64,000 bases of DNA from an uncultured Candidatus Saccharibacteria bacterium (GCA_964436545.1 CAYTCJ010000003.1:3168-67167), one strand, 5' to 3'; positions 45,255 to 55,710 are shown, counted from the first letter of the stretch. Numbers and translations are program-made. Notes: generated by a model from the letters alone, not told the origin.

Positions 45255-47081
45255 ATGCTTAATGATAATTTATCAGCATTACATTCTCTAATGGGGTTTG
45301 AGGGGGAAGTAGACAACAGTGAAGATACTTTAATCAAATACAGTCATGATGCCAGCATTTTTGAAGTGAGGCCCATGGGTGTGGTGCATCCGAAAAATAG
45401 TGAAGATGTAAAGAATGTGGTGAAGTGGGTGGTAAGCCAAAGGCAAGATAGTTTAACTTTGAATACAGATGACTCAGAGCGTCATCCTGAACCTGCCTTG
45501 TCGTCAGGCAGGCTTGTTTCAGGATCCCATATAAATGGATTCCGAAATAAATTCGGAATGACAAATGGAGATAAAGCTTCTGTAAATAAAGGGGGGGAGT
45601 TATCTATTACAGCTCGGAGTGCCGGCACAGATATGTCGGGCGGGCCACTTAATACTGGAATAATTGCCGACTTTACCACGCATTTTAATAAAATTTTAAA
45701 CTTTGGGCCGAATTTTGTAGAAGTAGAGCCGGGGGTATATTACCGCGACTTTGAAGTAGAAACTTTAAAACGCGGACTACTTTTGCCATGTTATACGGCT
45801 TCCAAAATGCTGAATACCGTGGGCGGAATGGTGGGCAACAATAGCGCGGGTGAAAAAACTTTGGCGTATGGGCAAACTAAAGATTTTGTAGAAGAATTAA
45901 GCGTGGTATTGAGTGATGGAAATGAATATCAATTTAGTGAATTGGAAAGTAGAGAATTAGAGAGTAAACTAAAACTCCCGAATTTTGAAGGTGATATTTA
46001 CCGAAAAATCTATCAGCTCATTAAAGATAATCGCGATTTAATTCAAAACGCCAAACCCAAAACCAGTAAAAATTCCGCCGGATATTTACTGTGGGAAGTA
46101 TGGGATGGTATAAAATTTAATTTAGCCAAATTAATTGTAGGCAGTCAGGGGACATTGGGCCTTGTTACGAAAATTCGGTTTCGGCTGGTAGAGCCTAAGC
46201 CTAAGTCTGCTTTGCTGGTGATGTTTTTAAAAGACTTGAATAATTTGGGAGAAATTGTGGCAGATGTGGTAGAACATAAGCCGGAAAGTTTTGAAAGTTA
46301 TGATGATAAAACTTTAAAACTGGCCATAAAGTTTTTGCCCGCCATGGTAAAGAAGATGTCCAAAACCGCTGGGTCGGCTTTTGGTGGCATTCTAAACATG
46401 TTAAGTTTGGGTTGGCAGTTTATGCCCGAAGCGGTTATGACTTTAACTGGCGGAATGCCTAAGCTGGTATTAATTTGTGAGTTTACCGGCACGAGCCAAG
46501 AAGCAGTAAATGAAAAAGCCAGTTTACTCCAGCGGGAAGTGGAAGGGAAATTTCATATCCAAACTCGGATTTGTCAAAATAAACAAGAAGTGGAAAAATA
46601 TTGGACCATAAGGCGGGAGTCGTTTTCTCTTTTACGGGAGCGCATTAAAGACCGGCACACCGCCCCCTTCATAGATGACATTGCGGTCCTGCCCAAAGAT
46701 ATGCCAGCATTTTTACCGCGGTTAAATAAAATTTTGGAAAAATATCAGGACAAAATTATTTACACCATTGCCGGACATGCGGGGAATGGCAATTTTCACA
46801 TCATTCCCTTAATGAATTTGGCGGACGAAAACCAGCGCGCGATAATTCCTCAACTTTCCGAAGAAGTTTATAGTTTGGTTTTGGAATTTCATGGGACAAT
46901 TACGGCAGAGCATAACGACGGACTGATTCGCACCCCTTTTTTACAAAAAATGTATGGGAAAGAGGTAATAGGTTTGTTTGAAGCAGTAAAAAATATTTTT
47001 GATCCGCACAATATTTTTAACCCCGGCAAAAAAGTTCACGGGGATTTGGGGTATGCGATGGAGCATATTAAAAGAAGTTAG
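45255..47081 (+). CDS. FAD-linked oxidase (GlcD / D-lactate dehydrogenase-like, PCMH-type FAD-binding)
   Basis: ARSAGTDMSGGPLN and an N-terminal FAD-binding-4 pattern. The C-terminal domain ends NIFNPGK. Carries an in-frame ~80-nt palindromic insert (see 45480-45562). Confidence 0.75.
   Translation: MLNDNLSALHSLMGFEGEVDNSEDTLIKYSHDASIFEVRPMGVVHPKNSEDVKNVVKWVVSQRQDSLTLNTDDSERHPEPALSSGRLVSGSHINGFRNKFGMTNGDKASVNKGGELSITARSAGTDMSGGPLNTGIIADFTTHFNKILNFGPNFVEVEPGVYYRDFEVETLKRGLLLPCYTASKMLNTVGGMVGNNSAGEKTLAYGQTKDFVEELSVVLSDGNEYQFSELESRELESKLKLPNFEGDIYRKIYQLIKDNRDLIQNAKPKTSKNSAGYLLWEVWDGIKFNLAKLIVGSQGTLGLVTKIRFRLVEPKPKSALLVMFLKDLNNLGEIVADVVEHKPESFESYDDKTLKLAIKFLPAMVKKMSKTAGSAFGGILNMLSLGWQFMPEAVMTLTGGMPKLVLICEFTGTSQEAVNEKASLLQREVEGKFHIQTRICQNKQEVEKYWTIRRESFSLLRERIKDRHTAPFIDDIAVLPKDMPAFLPRLNKILEKYQDKIIYTIAGHAGNGNFHIIPLMNLADENQRAIIPQLSEEVYSLVLEFHGTITAEHNDGLIRTPFLQKMYGKEVIGLFEAVKNIFDPHNIFNPGKKVHGDLGYAMEHIKRS
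45480..45562. repeat. Compound palindromic element inserted in frame in the FAD-oxidase gene
   Basis: atcctgaa-cctgccttgtcgtcaggcagg-cttgtttcaggat followed by attccgaaataaattcggaat-gaca. It encodes ERHPEPALSSGRLVSGSHINGFRNKFGMTNG between the conserved FAD-binding segments. Confidence 0.65.
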
Positions 47082-47121
47082 CAATCAGTAGTCAGTAAAT
47101 CAGTAATCAGTAGACAGCGAA

Positions 47122-47613
47122 TTAGTAGTTAGAAAATAAATGAAATTGCCGGACCGAGCGCCCCGTGGGGGGCGAAGGTCCGGCTTTGCGTTGCGCGCTG
47201 TCTTTTTTTGCCGGAGGGCGCGCCACCTCCAGCAAAACCGATTTGAACTCTTCTACTGCCTTTTGGGCAGCCGGGACACGTGCCCCTTCCAAAATGAGCT
47301 CAAGCTGATAAACAGCACGAGCTCCGTCCGGCCGGAGTTCAATCCGGAATCGTCGTTTTTTAACTTCCACGACATGGACGGTTATGCTCAGAGCCTTGCC
47401 CGATTCAACATCGGGATTTGACTTGAGCCATGGAACCAAGGTTTCCGACACCGCGCCGTAAAGGACGCGGTAGTCCTCGCCGGCTTCGTCCGGCGGAACT
47501 TTAGGCAGGAGTTCAACCTGCCGGTCGGTCGCCCCCTCAAGAGAGGGTATAAAATAGCAAGAAATAAAAAAAAGACCCACCCTCAATAATATCACCAAAA
47601 ATTTCCTCATCAT
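47122..47613 (-). CDS. Secreted hypothetical protein, high-GC body with AT-rich signal-peptide region
   Basis: 163 aa. The signal peptide is encoded at low GC and the body at about 60% GC. Low-complexity AATCAG/CAGTAG repeats flank it (47085-47135, 47950-48035). Confidence 0.45.
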   Translation of the reverse strand: MMRKFLVILLRVGLFFISCYFIPSLEGATDRQVELLPKVPPDEAGEDYRVLYGAVSETLVPWLKSNPDVESGKALSITVHVVEVKKRRFRIELRPDGARAVYQLELILEGARVPAAQKAVEEFKSVLLEVARPPAKKDSAQRKAGPSPPTGRSVRQFHLFSNY

Positions 47614-48042
47614 TCTCTCCTTTTAGGAAGTTCGCGTCCGTTTTGCCTCTGTGGCCAAGAACGCTTAAAAGAGAGTATAAAAGAAAAATTAAAAAATGAC
47701 AAAAAATAAAAAAATCGCGCTTTGGACAATTACCAAAGGCGATTTGGACTAATTAAAATTAGTCCTCCTATTTTATCCGGCTCCCTCAGGCGAAGGAAAT
47801 GCTAAAACCCACCCTTGGGAGCCGGAACCCTGTTCAGCAAAAGTAGAACAGGGCCACAATTAATTGATAGTATAAAGCTGGTTTGCGATTAAAGCAAGGC
47901 GCTGGTTTTTTATTGGCAGATAGTGGTATAATTGTTAGGTTATTGATTGTAGGTGATAAGTCGGTCAGCAGACAGAAATTAGCTAATCAGCTGACAGCTA
48001 ATCAGCAGTCAGCTGATCAGCAAGTAAGTTGAAGAAAATTAT

Positions 48043-48324
48043 TTGAATAAACTATATATGGTTAAACATCTTAAATTAAAAATTTATGGCCGAGTGCAGG
48101 GCGTCGGGTTTCGGTGGTGTACCTACGAAAAGTTTGTAGAATTCGGTTTGGTGGGGAAAGCGGAAAATCGGGAAGATGGCACAGTAGAAATTTTTGCACA
48201 AGGGGAAACCGAAGCTTTGGAAAAATTAATTGCTTGGGCGCACACAGGCCCCGAGGGGGCTAAGGTGGAAAAATTAGAAACCGAGGAATTAAAGGAACCT
48301 TTTGTGCCTTTAAAAAACTCTTAA
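48043..48324 (+). CDS. acyP: Acylphosphatase
   Basis: YGRVQGVGFR signature. The true start may be the internal ATG at 48058. Confidence 0.8.
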   Translation: MNKLYMVKHLKLKIYGRVQGVGFRWCTYEKFVEFGLVGKAENREDGTVEIFAQGETEALEKLIAWAHTGPEGAKVEKLETEELKEPFVPLKNS

Positions 48325-48327
48325 CGT

Positions 48328-48924
48328 ATGGAAAATTATTCCACAATTTTTGTTTTATCCGCTGTGCGTTTAAACAGCGAGGGTGAATTTCCCAATTTTG
48401 AACCCAGCCCACAAAACCCTGAGCAAGAAATTTATACCGGTGGAGGTGTGAGAATGGAAGCTATGCGTCAGTTTTCAAATTTACACCCACAAACCCAAAT
48501 AATTACCGTAGGGGGTTTAGAAAGCGACCATCAAACACAGTTTTCTAAAGCGAAAGAAATGGCCGAGTGGTTAAAAAATAAAAATCCCCAAGCACAAGTT
48601 GCTTATATAGATTCCACAACTTCCACTCAAGGTAATTTACAAAAGATAGCCGAGTATTTATTAGAGAAGGGAATTTTGGCGGGTAGTTTTGCTCTATTAA
48701 CCAATGAGTATCATCAAGAGAGAATTCAAGCTTTGTGGGGTAAATTACAACAAGAATACTCAAACTTACCGGCATTAAATTTTATTACACCAAAGGCTCT
48801 GGAAGTATGGGAAGTAGTTAGTGAAGATGACCCCAGGTATTTACACAGGAAAGAAATGGAAAGGCAAGGGATAGATAAAATTCATAGCGGGGAATATGTG
48901 AGTTTTCGTGAAAAAAGGCTTTAA
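48328..48924 (+). CDS. DUF218 / YdcF-ElyC-like protein
   Basis: The IITVGG...STTSTQGN...LLTNEYHQERI pattern resembles the DUF218 family. Confidence 0.5.
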   Translation: MENYSTIFVLSAVRLNSEGEFPNFEPSPQNPEQEIYTGGGVRMEAMRQFSNLHPQTQIITVGGLESDHQTQFSKAKEMAEWLKNKNPQAQVAYIDSTTSTQGNLQKIAEYLLEKGILAGSFALLTNEYHQERIQALWGKLQQEYSNLPALNFITPKALEVWEVVSEDDPRYLHRKEMERQGIDKIHSGEYVSFREKRL

Positions 48925-49140
48925 CTTTAAGATAAAAAATTTTAAATTATGCCCAATCTATATCAGCCCAGAGAATCATATCCTGTAAGGCCACCGGTTT
49001 TAAGACTGGGTGATGGATTAAGCTTGCCAGAAGCGAGAGTAGCTAACAGTAGGCCACAGGAAAAAGCCTTTATTGGCAAACCCTATCCAATGGTGGAAGT
49101 GTAAGCGGATTTAAGCAGAGTAGTCAGTTTAAAAGCCAGA

Positions 49141-49839
49141 ATGGAAAGAGACACAAAGCAGGAAGGTCATGTATTAGAAGGCGTGGTGGCTAAGGGTATA
49201 AACGATTTTAAATGGTTAGGACCACATGCAGTTTGGAATCAGACCACAGAATTTGATGACATAGTTAACGGGGTTGATGGCGTAGTGGAATTTCATTCAG
49301 GACCAGATAAACATAATTCTATGTGGGCTTTAGCAATAGATGTAACCGAAAACTCCGGAAGAATTTTGGGTAAAGGCATAAGACCAAAATTAGGGGAAAT
49401 TAAAGCCGGTTTACAGAGTGGGGAAATGGGCAAAGTAAAATATTTTCGTCCGAATCGGCCGGGTTTACAAATGAGAGGCGAATGGCGAGGTTTGCCCAAA
49501 ATGTTGTTAGTGGGTTCGGGAAATTTAGAGGAGCTTCAAAGGCTTAAGAGACATCAACAACAGGCGTCGGGAGCATTAGAAAAAGACCCCGTCGCTATGG
49601 ATTTATTAATTCAACTGCGGATACAAGCTCAAGTGTATGCAGAATATTGCCGAAGTTTGGGTAAAAATCACTCCGCTGTAATCTTTAAAAATATAGATGA
49701 AAAATTAGAACAAATTTTTAAAACTAAATTTCCAGAGGCAGTTTATCATTCCAAGGATTTTGCCACTAACCCAAATGATTTAGGGTTGTTAAGCGCCTTA
49801 AGTGATTTAGGGTATAAAGTAGATGCAGTAAAGTTATAG
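49141..49839 (+). CDS. Hypothetical protein
   Basis: 232 aa with no motif recognised. Confidence 0.45.
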   Translation: MERDTKQEGHVLEGVVAKGINDFKWLGPHAVWNQTTEFDDIVNGVDGVVEFHSGPDKHNSMWALAIDVTENSGRILGKGIRPKLGEIKAGLQSGEMGKVKYFRPNRPGLQMRGEWRGLPKMLLVGSGNLEELQRLKRHQQQASGALEKDPVAMDLLIQLRIQAQVYAEYCRSLGKNHSAVIFKNIDEKLEQIFKTKFPEAVYHSKDFATNPNDLGLLSALSDLGYKVDAVKL

Positions 49840-49842
49840 CCT

Positions 49843-51288
49843 ATGAGCAAAGCGTTAATTTATAGAAGTATATTGTTTACCGCTTTGGCGGTTTTTATAT
49901 TTTTATTTTCAGCCAGTAAACCGCATGGGCCGGCGGTAGAACATTATTCGTATTTTAGCCAAGCGGAGTTTTTTGAGGAAGCGTATGCTATGGCAGGCAA
50001 TAGCCAAGGTGAGCCGGTTTTTAAAGGCATCATTGTTAACCATCACCTATTAGCCAAACAATTTATAGCTGAAGCGTTTAAACAGGTTGCCACAACCGCA
50101 CCAATAACTGTGCTTTTAGTTAGTCCGAATCATTTTGCCACCGGAAAGTTTCCCATAATTACCTCCGGTGCGGTTTGGAAAACTCCGTTTGGGGATTTGG
50201 AACCGGATACAGGGTTGATAAATCAGCTTACTACAAAAGGGTTGGTCAGTTTAGAAGAACAACCGTTTGAGCAAGAACATGGGGTAAGCGGGATAGTGGG
50301 ATTCATTAAAAAATCTTTGCCCAATGCCAAGCTGGTGCCCATAATTGTTAAAGACCGGTTAAGTTTAACATCAGCGAAAAAAATTGCTAATCAGTTGCAT
50401 CAAATTTTGCCAAATCAACAGTGGATGGTAGTGGGCTCGTTTGATTTTTCCCATTATTTAACCAGTCGAGCCAGTGACTTTCACGATGCGCAAAGTTTAG
50501 CGGTTTTGGAAAATTTGGATTTTAATAAATTAAAAACTTTAGATGTAGATTCTCGGCCGGGTTTGGCTGTATTTTTAGAATTGATGCGGTTAGCCTCAGC
50601 AAATAAGTTTACTCTGTTTAAGCAGAGTAATTCCGCGAAGTTGGTTAGACAAGATATTTTAGAAAGCACGAGTTATCTTACCGGTGGGTTTAGTGTAGGA
50701 GAAAATCAACCACAGCCGATTGATACTTTGTTAAGCCTGGGTAATGTGGCGGGGTATAATTCTAAAATTTCTTTAGAATTCATAAACCGGTTATTCTGGG
50801 GACAAGATTATACGTTAAGTTTTGTATCTGACTCTGCATCAAATGTATTTTTAACAAGAGAGATTGAGAAGACATTGGAAAATATTATTTACAAACAGTT
50901 AGGAAATAACAGAATTGCTTTGGTGAATGGTAAAAAAGTATCAGATGAGGTTTTGTTTCAAGTGGTTAAACATGGGGTAAGTATGGTAATTTGCCAAGGT
51001 GCCAAAGCAAATAAAGTGGAAATTTATGAAAACGTTCCCATTATTTACGCCCAAGGTAATTTATTAGATGAAAATCCCATTTCCCCTGTAGGTCGGAGTT
51101 TAGCTGTGGGCGTAGTAAGTAAAGCAAGTAAGTTAGAAGTATATCTTTTGCCTATGGGGGTAAAAGATAACCAAATTCAGTTGCTGATTGGCAAGGAAAA
51201 TGATACAGTATTAAGAGAAATGGCCAATAATTCTAGGGTGCCAGAAGATATAAAAATCAGGATACAAAAAGGAATAATTAATTTTTAA
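49843..51288 (+). CDS. Memo-like (AmmeMemoRadiSam system protein B family) N-terminal domain fused to CapA-like metallophosphatase C-terminal domain
   Basis: N-terminal TM segment, then GIIVNHHLLA...VLLVSPNHF (Memo-like). The C-terminal VSMVICQGAKANKVEIYENVPIIYAQGNLL resembles the CapA/PGA_cap HHPH..LGNF region. Confidence 0.5.
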   Translation: MSKALIYRSILFTALAVFIFLFSASKPHGPAVEHYSYFSQAEFFEEAYAMAGNSQGEPVFKGIIVNHHLLAKQFIAEAFKQVATTAPITVLLVSPNHFATGKFPIITSGAVWKTPFGDLEPDTGLINQLTTKGLVSLEEQPFEQEHGVSGIVGFIKKSLPNAKLVPIIVKDRLSLTSAKKIANQLHQILPNQQWMVVGSFDFSHYLTSRASDFHDAQSLAVLENLDFNKLKTLDVDSRPGLAVFLELMRLASANKFTLFKQSNSAKLVRQDILESTSYLTGGFSVGENQPQPIDTLLSLGNVAGYNSKISLEFINRLFWGQDYTLSFVSDSASNVFLTREIEKTLENIIYKQLGNNRIALVNGKKVSDEVLFQVVKHGVSMVICQGAKANKVEIYENVPIIYAQGNLLDENPISPVGRSLAVGVVSKASKLEVYLLPMGVKDNQIQLLIGKENDTVLREMANNSRVPEDIKIRIQKGIINF

Positions 51289-51291
51289 ACT

Positions 51292-53127
51292 ATGGAACAA
51301 ACACCAACAGGTCAAAATCCCAATAATCAACCTATCATTTCCCCCGAAAACCCTTCCCAGCCAAGTAAAAAAACTTGGGGGATAGTTGGCGGAGTGGTAG
51401 TTTTGGTGTTGGTGGGTTTAGCTTTAGGTTATGGGCAATATAAAAAACAGTTAGCCAATAATTTATTAAACCCAGCCAACCGGCCTAACAATATTAAAGT
51501 AGTGGATAATCCTTTTGATACTGCCAATCCGGTTACTAATCCGGAAAATCAACTGCCTCCTTTTGCGGAGAATCCGGCCATTTTAGACCCGCTTTCGTAT
51601 TCGCGTTGCAAAAATTTTGGTGCAACTTTAGCCAGTAAATCCGGTTTAATCGTTTGGCAAAAACCGGAGTTATTGGCGGATGTAAAAATCTTTCAATCGG
51701 CTGTCGGACCGGACAATACGGAAGTTTATAGTGATTATGGTAGTGACTATAGTTATAAAGTCGGGCATTTTACTTCCGGGCAGTTTAAGGGAGGTGATTT
51801 ACTGCTTACTTATATTACTTACAATGCTCCCGGTCGGCCGGTAGTGTATCGAATCGTTAAGCAAGACAATCTTTACACGGTTTTAAGTAAGTATTCGGAA
51901 AGTTTGCCAGACGCTAAATACACTCCACCTCAAGTTAAATTGGCAGTTGACCCCAGTTTTGAATTGGCGGATTTGAATTTCCCCGCCAATTTACAAGCGG
52001 AAAATCCCAAGTTGAGCTTGGAAGCCGTGAGTTCCATAGCCTTTTTTAAAAGTGGCGGTGAATTTTTTTGCCAAGATGGTTTAGTTAAAATATTTTCAGA
52101 CCCTCAGGTCGGTGATGTTTATACCATGACGGAACCGAAGATTGAAACGCCAATATTTCCTAAGTTTGGTTTTTATGTAAAATCTCCGGACAGCACGGTG
52201 CAGTATTATAAAATGGGCGTTAGTTTTATGGGTCAAAATAAAGTGCCCTTAATTACTTGGAAAAATGGAGAAGCAAATACTAAAGAATATGATAATGCTC
52301 ATGTGGGCGGGTGCGGAGCCGGTGAATTTTTGGCGGTTAGAGACATTCCAGCCGACCAATTAACTCCCGCAGGAATGACTTTTGACGGTCAAACGGTTTA
52401 TGTTTATAAAGATAGTCAAACTACTGCCCTTAAAGATTTATATGAGGGGATGTTTGTGCCGGAGGGAAAAACTAAAATGACTTATCAGACCTTTGTGAAT
52501 TCTCGGCCAATTTTTTTCTGGCAAGATCCTTTGGGCAGAATGGTGGAATTTAAATCCAGAGATTACCAGCCTTTGGCTGAATGTGGCAAGCCGGTGATTT
52601 ATTTATACCCAACAGAGACGCAAAAAATTTCCGTAAAAGTTGAACCTCAAGGCGGTATGAGCGTATCGATTCCCGCTTACCACCAAGGCTGGGAGGTGGA
52701 GTCAGATCCGCAAAGTAAAATAAAAAATTTAGCCGACGGCTTAACCTACCCTTATTTGTTCTGGGAAGGCAGAGGGGGAATTTACCAGACACCGGAAAAA
52801 GGGTTTGTGGTAAGTAAGGCCGAGGTAAATAACTTTTTACACGAAAAATTGCATCAATTAGGGTTAAATGCGCAGGAAACCGCTGACTTTATGGAGTTTT
52901 GGTATCCCAAGATGCAAAGTAGTCCTTACTATTTTATAACTTTTCTGGGTAATTCGGCCATGGATGAATTAGCGCCTTTAACCATTACACCTAAACCTGA
53001 CACTATCATTCGAGTATTAATGGATTTTGTGCCGTTAGAAAAACCCATTCGTGCGTCGGGATTTAAGATTCGCACGCCGGAACGAAAAGGGTTTACCGTG
53101 GTGGAGTGGGGCGGAGTCTTAAAATAG
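51292..53127 (+). CDS. Membrane-anchored extracellular protein, unknown function
   Basis: 611 aa with a Pro/Asn-rich N-terminus, one TM segment and a large C-terminal domain. Confidence 0.5.
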   Translation: MEQTPTGQNPNNQPIISPENPSQPSKKTWGIVGGVVVLVLVGLALGYGQYKKQLANNLLNPANRPNNIKVVDNPFDTANPVTNPENQLPPFAENPAILDPLSYSRCKNFGATLASKSGLIVWQKPELLADVKIFQSAVGPDNTEVYSDYGSDYSYKVGHFTSGQFKGGDLLLTYITYNAPGRPVVYRIVKQDNLYTVLSKYSESLPDAKYTPPQVKLAVDPSFELADLNFPANLQAENPKLSLEAVSSIAFFKSGGEFFCQDGLVKIFSDPQVGDVYTMTEPKIETPIFPKFGFYVKSPDSTVQYYKMGVSFMGQNKVPLITWKNGEANTKEYDNAHVGGCGAGEFLAVRDIPADQLTPAGMTFDGQTVYVYKDSQTTALKDLYEGMFVPEGKTKMTYQTFVNSRPIFFWQDPLGRMVEFKSRDYQPLAECGKPVIYLYPTETQKISVKVEPQGGMSVSIPAYHQGWEVESDPQSKIKNLADGLTYPYLFWEGRGGIYQTPEKGFVVSKAEVNNFLHEKLHQLGLNAQETADFMEFWYPKMQSSPYYFITFLGNSAMDELAPLTITPKPDTIIRVLMDFVPLEKPIRASGFKIRTPERKGFTVVEWGGVLK

Positions 53128-53151
53128 ATAAAAGTTAAAAACTAAAAAGGT

Positions 53152-55008
53152 TTGGAGGTAAAAAATCGTGTGGTTAAAACAAATACTTATCATCAAAAAT
53201 CAAAACTAGTAAAAACCGGTGCCGGATTTACCATTATAGAGCTGGTTGTGGGACTGGCGGTATTCGCACTTTTGGCCAGCGGAGTGATTGCCGCGTTTTT
53301 AGCTTTGTCCACCACAGTTAAACAAGCAAGGGAAAAAACCGTGCTCGCATCTTTGGCCTCCAGCAACTTAGAAGTGGTGCGCAATATGCCGTATAGCCAA
53401 ATTGGCACATTGAATGGCAATCCGGTTGGCACTTTATTGGATTTGGCTAATGCCACGACGACTAAAATTGAAGGCTTTACTTATAAAATATATTACGAAG
53501 TAACTTATATAGATGATCCGGCCGATGGTACTGTGGGCGGAACTCCCAACGATACGGCGCCGGCAGACTACAAGCAAGTAAAAATGAGTGTGCAAAATGT
53601 GCAAACCGGCATTGTGACCGATTTTTTAACCAATGTTGTGCCCAAAGGTTTGGAAGGCACCACGAATGCCGGTGCTATTCGGATTAAAGTTTTCAATTTT
53701 GCCGGTCAGCCGGTAAGTGGGGCGGATATCCGCATACAAAGGCCCACTTCCACTCCCACCTTAATATTAGATAGGCAAACCGACAGTAGTGGTCAGTGGA
53801 CCGAAGTTGGGCTTCCCGCTGACATTAATAATTATCGGATTGTGGTGAGTAAAACGGGTTATAACTCGGACCAAACTTACCCCATTACCGCTGAAAACCC
53901 CAATCCCACTAAGCCGGATGCCACGGTAATCAACGGACAAGTGACGGAAATCAGTTTTAGTATAGATTTATTAGCTAATTTAACTATTAAAACTTTAAAT
54001 GAATATTGTCAGAATTTAAGCGGAGTGAATGTGAATATTCGGGGCGACAAGCTAATTGGTACTAATCCGTTTGTGTATAAATTTAATAATAATTTTACTT
54101 CCGCTTTGGGACAAATTGCCCTCACGAATCTGGAGTGGGATACCTATACGCCGACACTTTTGACGAATCAAAATTTGGTGGTGCGAGGCACTTCGCCCAT
54201 CCAAAAAATTGATGTGCTCCCCGGCAGTAGCCAAACTTTTACCATGATTTTAAGTCCGAATTCCACAGCCAATAGTTTTTTGGTGATTGTCAAAGACAGT
54301 GCCACGAACGCGGCTTTGGAAAATGCTTTGGTGCATTTACAAAAAGGCGGAAGTGAACCTCAAGATTATTACGGGGTTACCGGGGGGAGTGTGTGGACGC
54401 AAAACAGTTGGACCGGTGGGAGTGGGAGTAGTGTTTGGTCCACAACTTCCCCGAGCGTGTACTATGCCGATGATGGCAATATAGACGTCAATTCCAATCC
54501 AACCGGAGTGAGACTCAAAAAAACCAGTGGGAGGTATGCGTTAAGCGGGTGGCTGGAGAGTGCAGTTTTTGATTCGGGGACTGACAGTAGTAATTTTACT
54601 ACCATCTCTTGGGAACCAACCAGTCAAACCGCTAATACCACGCTGAAATTTCAATTGGCTACTGCCAATGCTTTAGAGGGTCCGTGGAATTATTTGGGCC
54701 CCGATGGGACGGCAAATACTTATTATACTACCTCGGGTAATAATATTTCCTCTGCCCACGATAACCAACGCTACATTCGCTATAAAGCTTTTTTAGCTAC
54801 CACGGATGATAAAAAAACCGCAGTGTTAACCGGAATCAGTTTAAACTATGTTTCGGGTTGTTTTACTCCCGGACAAGTGTATTTTGGCGATTTAACTTCG
54901 GGAAATAATTATGATTTGGAAATTAGTTTAGATGGATACCAAAATTTTGAATTAGACAATAACACCATAGATGGCGATGATGTTTTGGAAGTTTTTTTAA
55001 GCCCATAG
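53152..55008 (+). CDS. Type IV pilin-like protein with prepilin N-terminal methylation motif and very large extracellular domain
   Basis: KTGAGFTIIELVVGLAVFALLA is a class III signal (G|FTxxE). 618 aa. Confidence 0.75.
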   Translation: MEVKNRVVKTNTYHQKSKLVKTGAGFTIIELVVGLAVFALLASGVIAAFLALSTTVKQAREKTVLASLASSNLEVVRNMPYSQIGTLNGNPVGTLLDLANATTTKIEGFTYKIYYEVTYIDDPADGTVGGTPNDTAPADYKQVKMSVQNVQTGIVTDFLTNVVPKGLEGTTNAGAIRIKVFNFAGQPVSGADIRIQRPTSTPTLILDRQTDSSGQWTEVGLPADINNYRIVVSKTGYNSDQTYPITAENPNPTKPDATVINGQVTEISFSIDLLANLTIKTLNEYCQNLSGVNVNIRGDKLIGTNPFVYKFNNNFTSALGQIALTNLEWDTYTPTLLTNQNLVVRGTSPIQKIDVLPGSSQTFTMILSPNSTANSFLVIVKDSATNAALENALVHLQKGGSEPQDYYGVTGGSVWTQNSWTGGSGSSVWSTTSPSVYYADDGNIDVNSNPTGVRLKKTSGRYALSGWLESAVFDSGTDSSNFTTISWEPTSQTANTTLKFQLATANALEGPWNYLGPDGTANTYYTTSGNNISSAHDNQRYIRYKAFLATTDDKKTAVLTGISLNYVSGCFTPGQVYFGDLTSGNNYDLEISLDGYQNFELDNNTIDGDDVLEVFLSP

Positions 55009-55033
55009 CGGGCAAGAAGTAAGTAGTAAGTTT

Positions 55034-55699
55034 ATGAATAAAGAAGTTAGCGTCAAATTTAATAAGTCAATTGTTAAAGGTCAATGGTTAAGTGTTAACC
55101 GAGGTTTTACTTTGGTAGAACTGATTGTCGCTTTGTTTGGGTTTGTTATTTTAGTGTTCGGGGTGGTGGCTTTGGTGAGTAATGTGTTTTTTGCTTCCAC
55201 AAAGCAAGCCAATTTATTAGCCGACTCCGATTCAGCCAGAAGTTTAAGTAATAAAATTATTAATGAATTACGAAATGCCAGTTTATCGGCAGTGGGGGCT
55301 TATCCGTTAGATACCGCCGGAGCGCAAAGTTTAATTTTTTACAGCAATGTAGATACCGATGCGGATATGGAACGAGTTCGGTATTTTGTGCAGAACGGTA
55401 AGCTCCTTAAAGGTATAATTAACCCTAGCGGAAATCCTTTAAGTTATAATTCCGCAAACGAAAGAATTCTCACTGTGCAGGATAATTTAGCCAATGGCAA
55501 TAGCCCGCTGTTTTATTATTACAACGGTGCCTATACGGGTAAAGAAGCCCCTTTAGCCCAGCCGTTAAATGTAACAGAAGTTAAAACCGTAAAAATGGAT
55601 TTACGAATTTTAAATAAAGCCGGAGTCACGAACACTAACTATTATTCTGTGGTAACCAGCGGAGTGATGCGAAGTTTAAAAACGAATTTAGGAGAGTGA
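55034..55699 (+). CDS. Type IV minor pilin / pseudopilin
   Basis: NRGFTLVELIVALFGFVIL prepilin motif. 221 aa. Confidence 0.7.
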   Translation: MNKEVSVKFNKSIVKGQWLSVNRGFTLVELIVALFGFVILVFGVVALVSNVFFASTKQANLLADSDSARSLSNKIINELRNASLSAVGAYPLDTAGAQSLIFYSNVDTDADMERVRYFVQNGKLLKGIINPSGNPLSYNSANERILTVQDNLANGNSPLFYYYNGAYTGKEAPLAQPLNVTEVKTVKMDLRILNKAGVTNTNYYSVVTSGVMRSLKTNLGE

Positions 55700-55710
55700 G
55701 CAGGAAGCAT

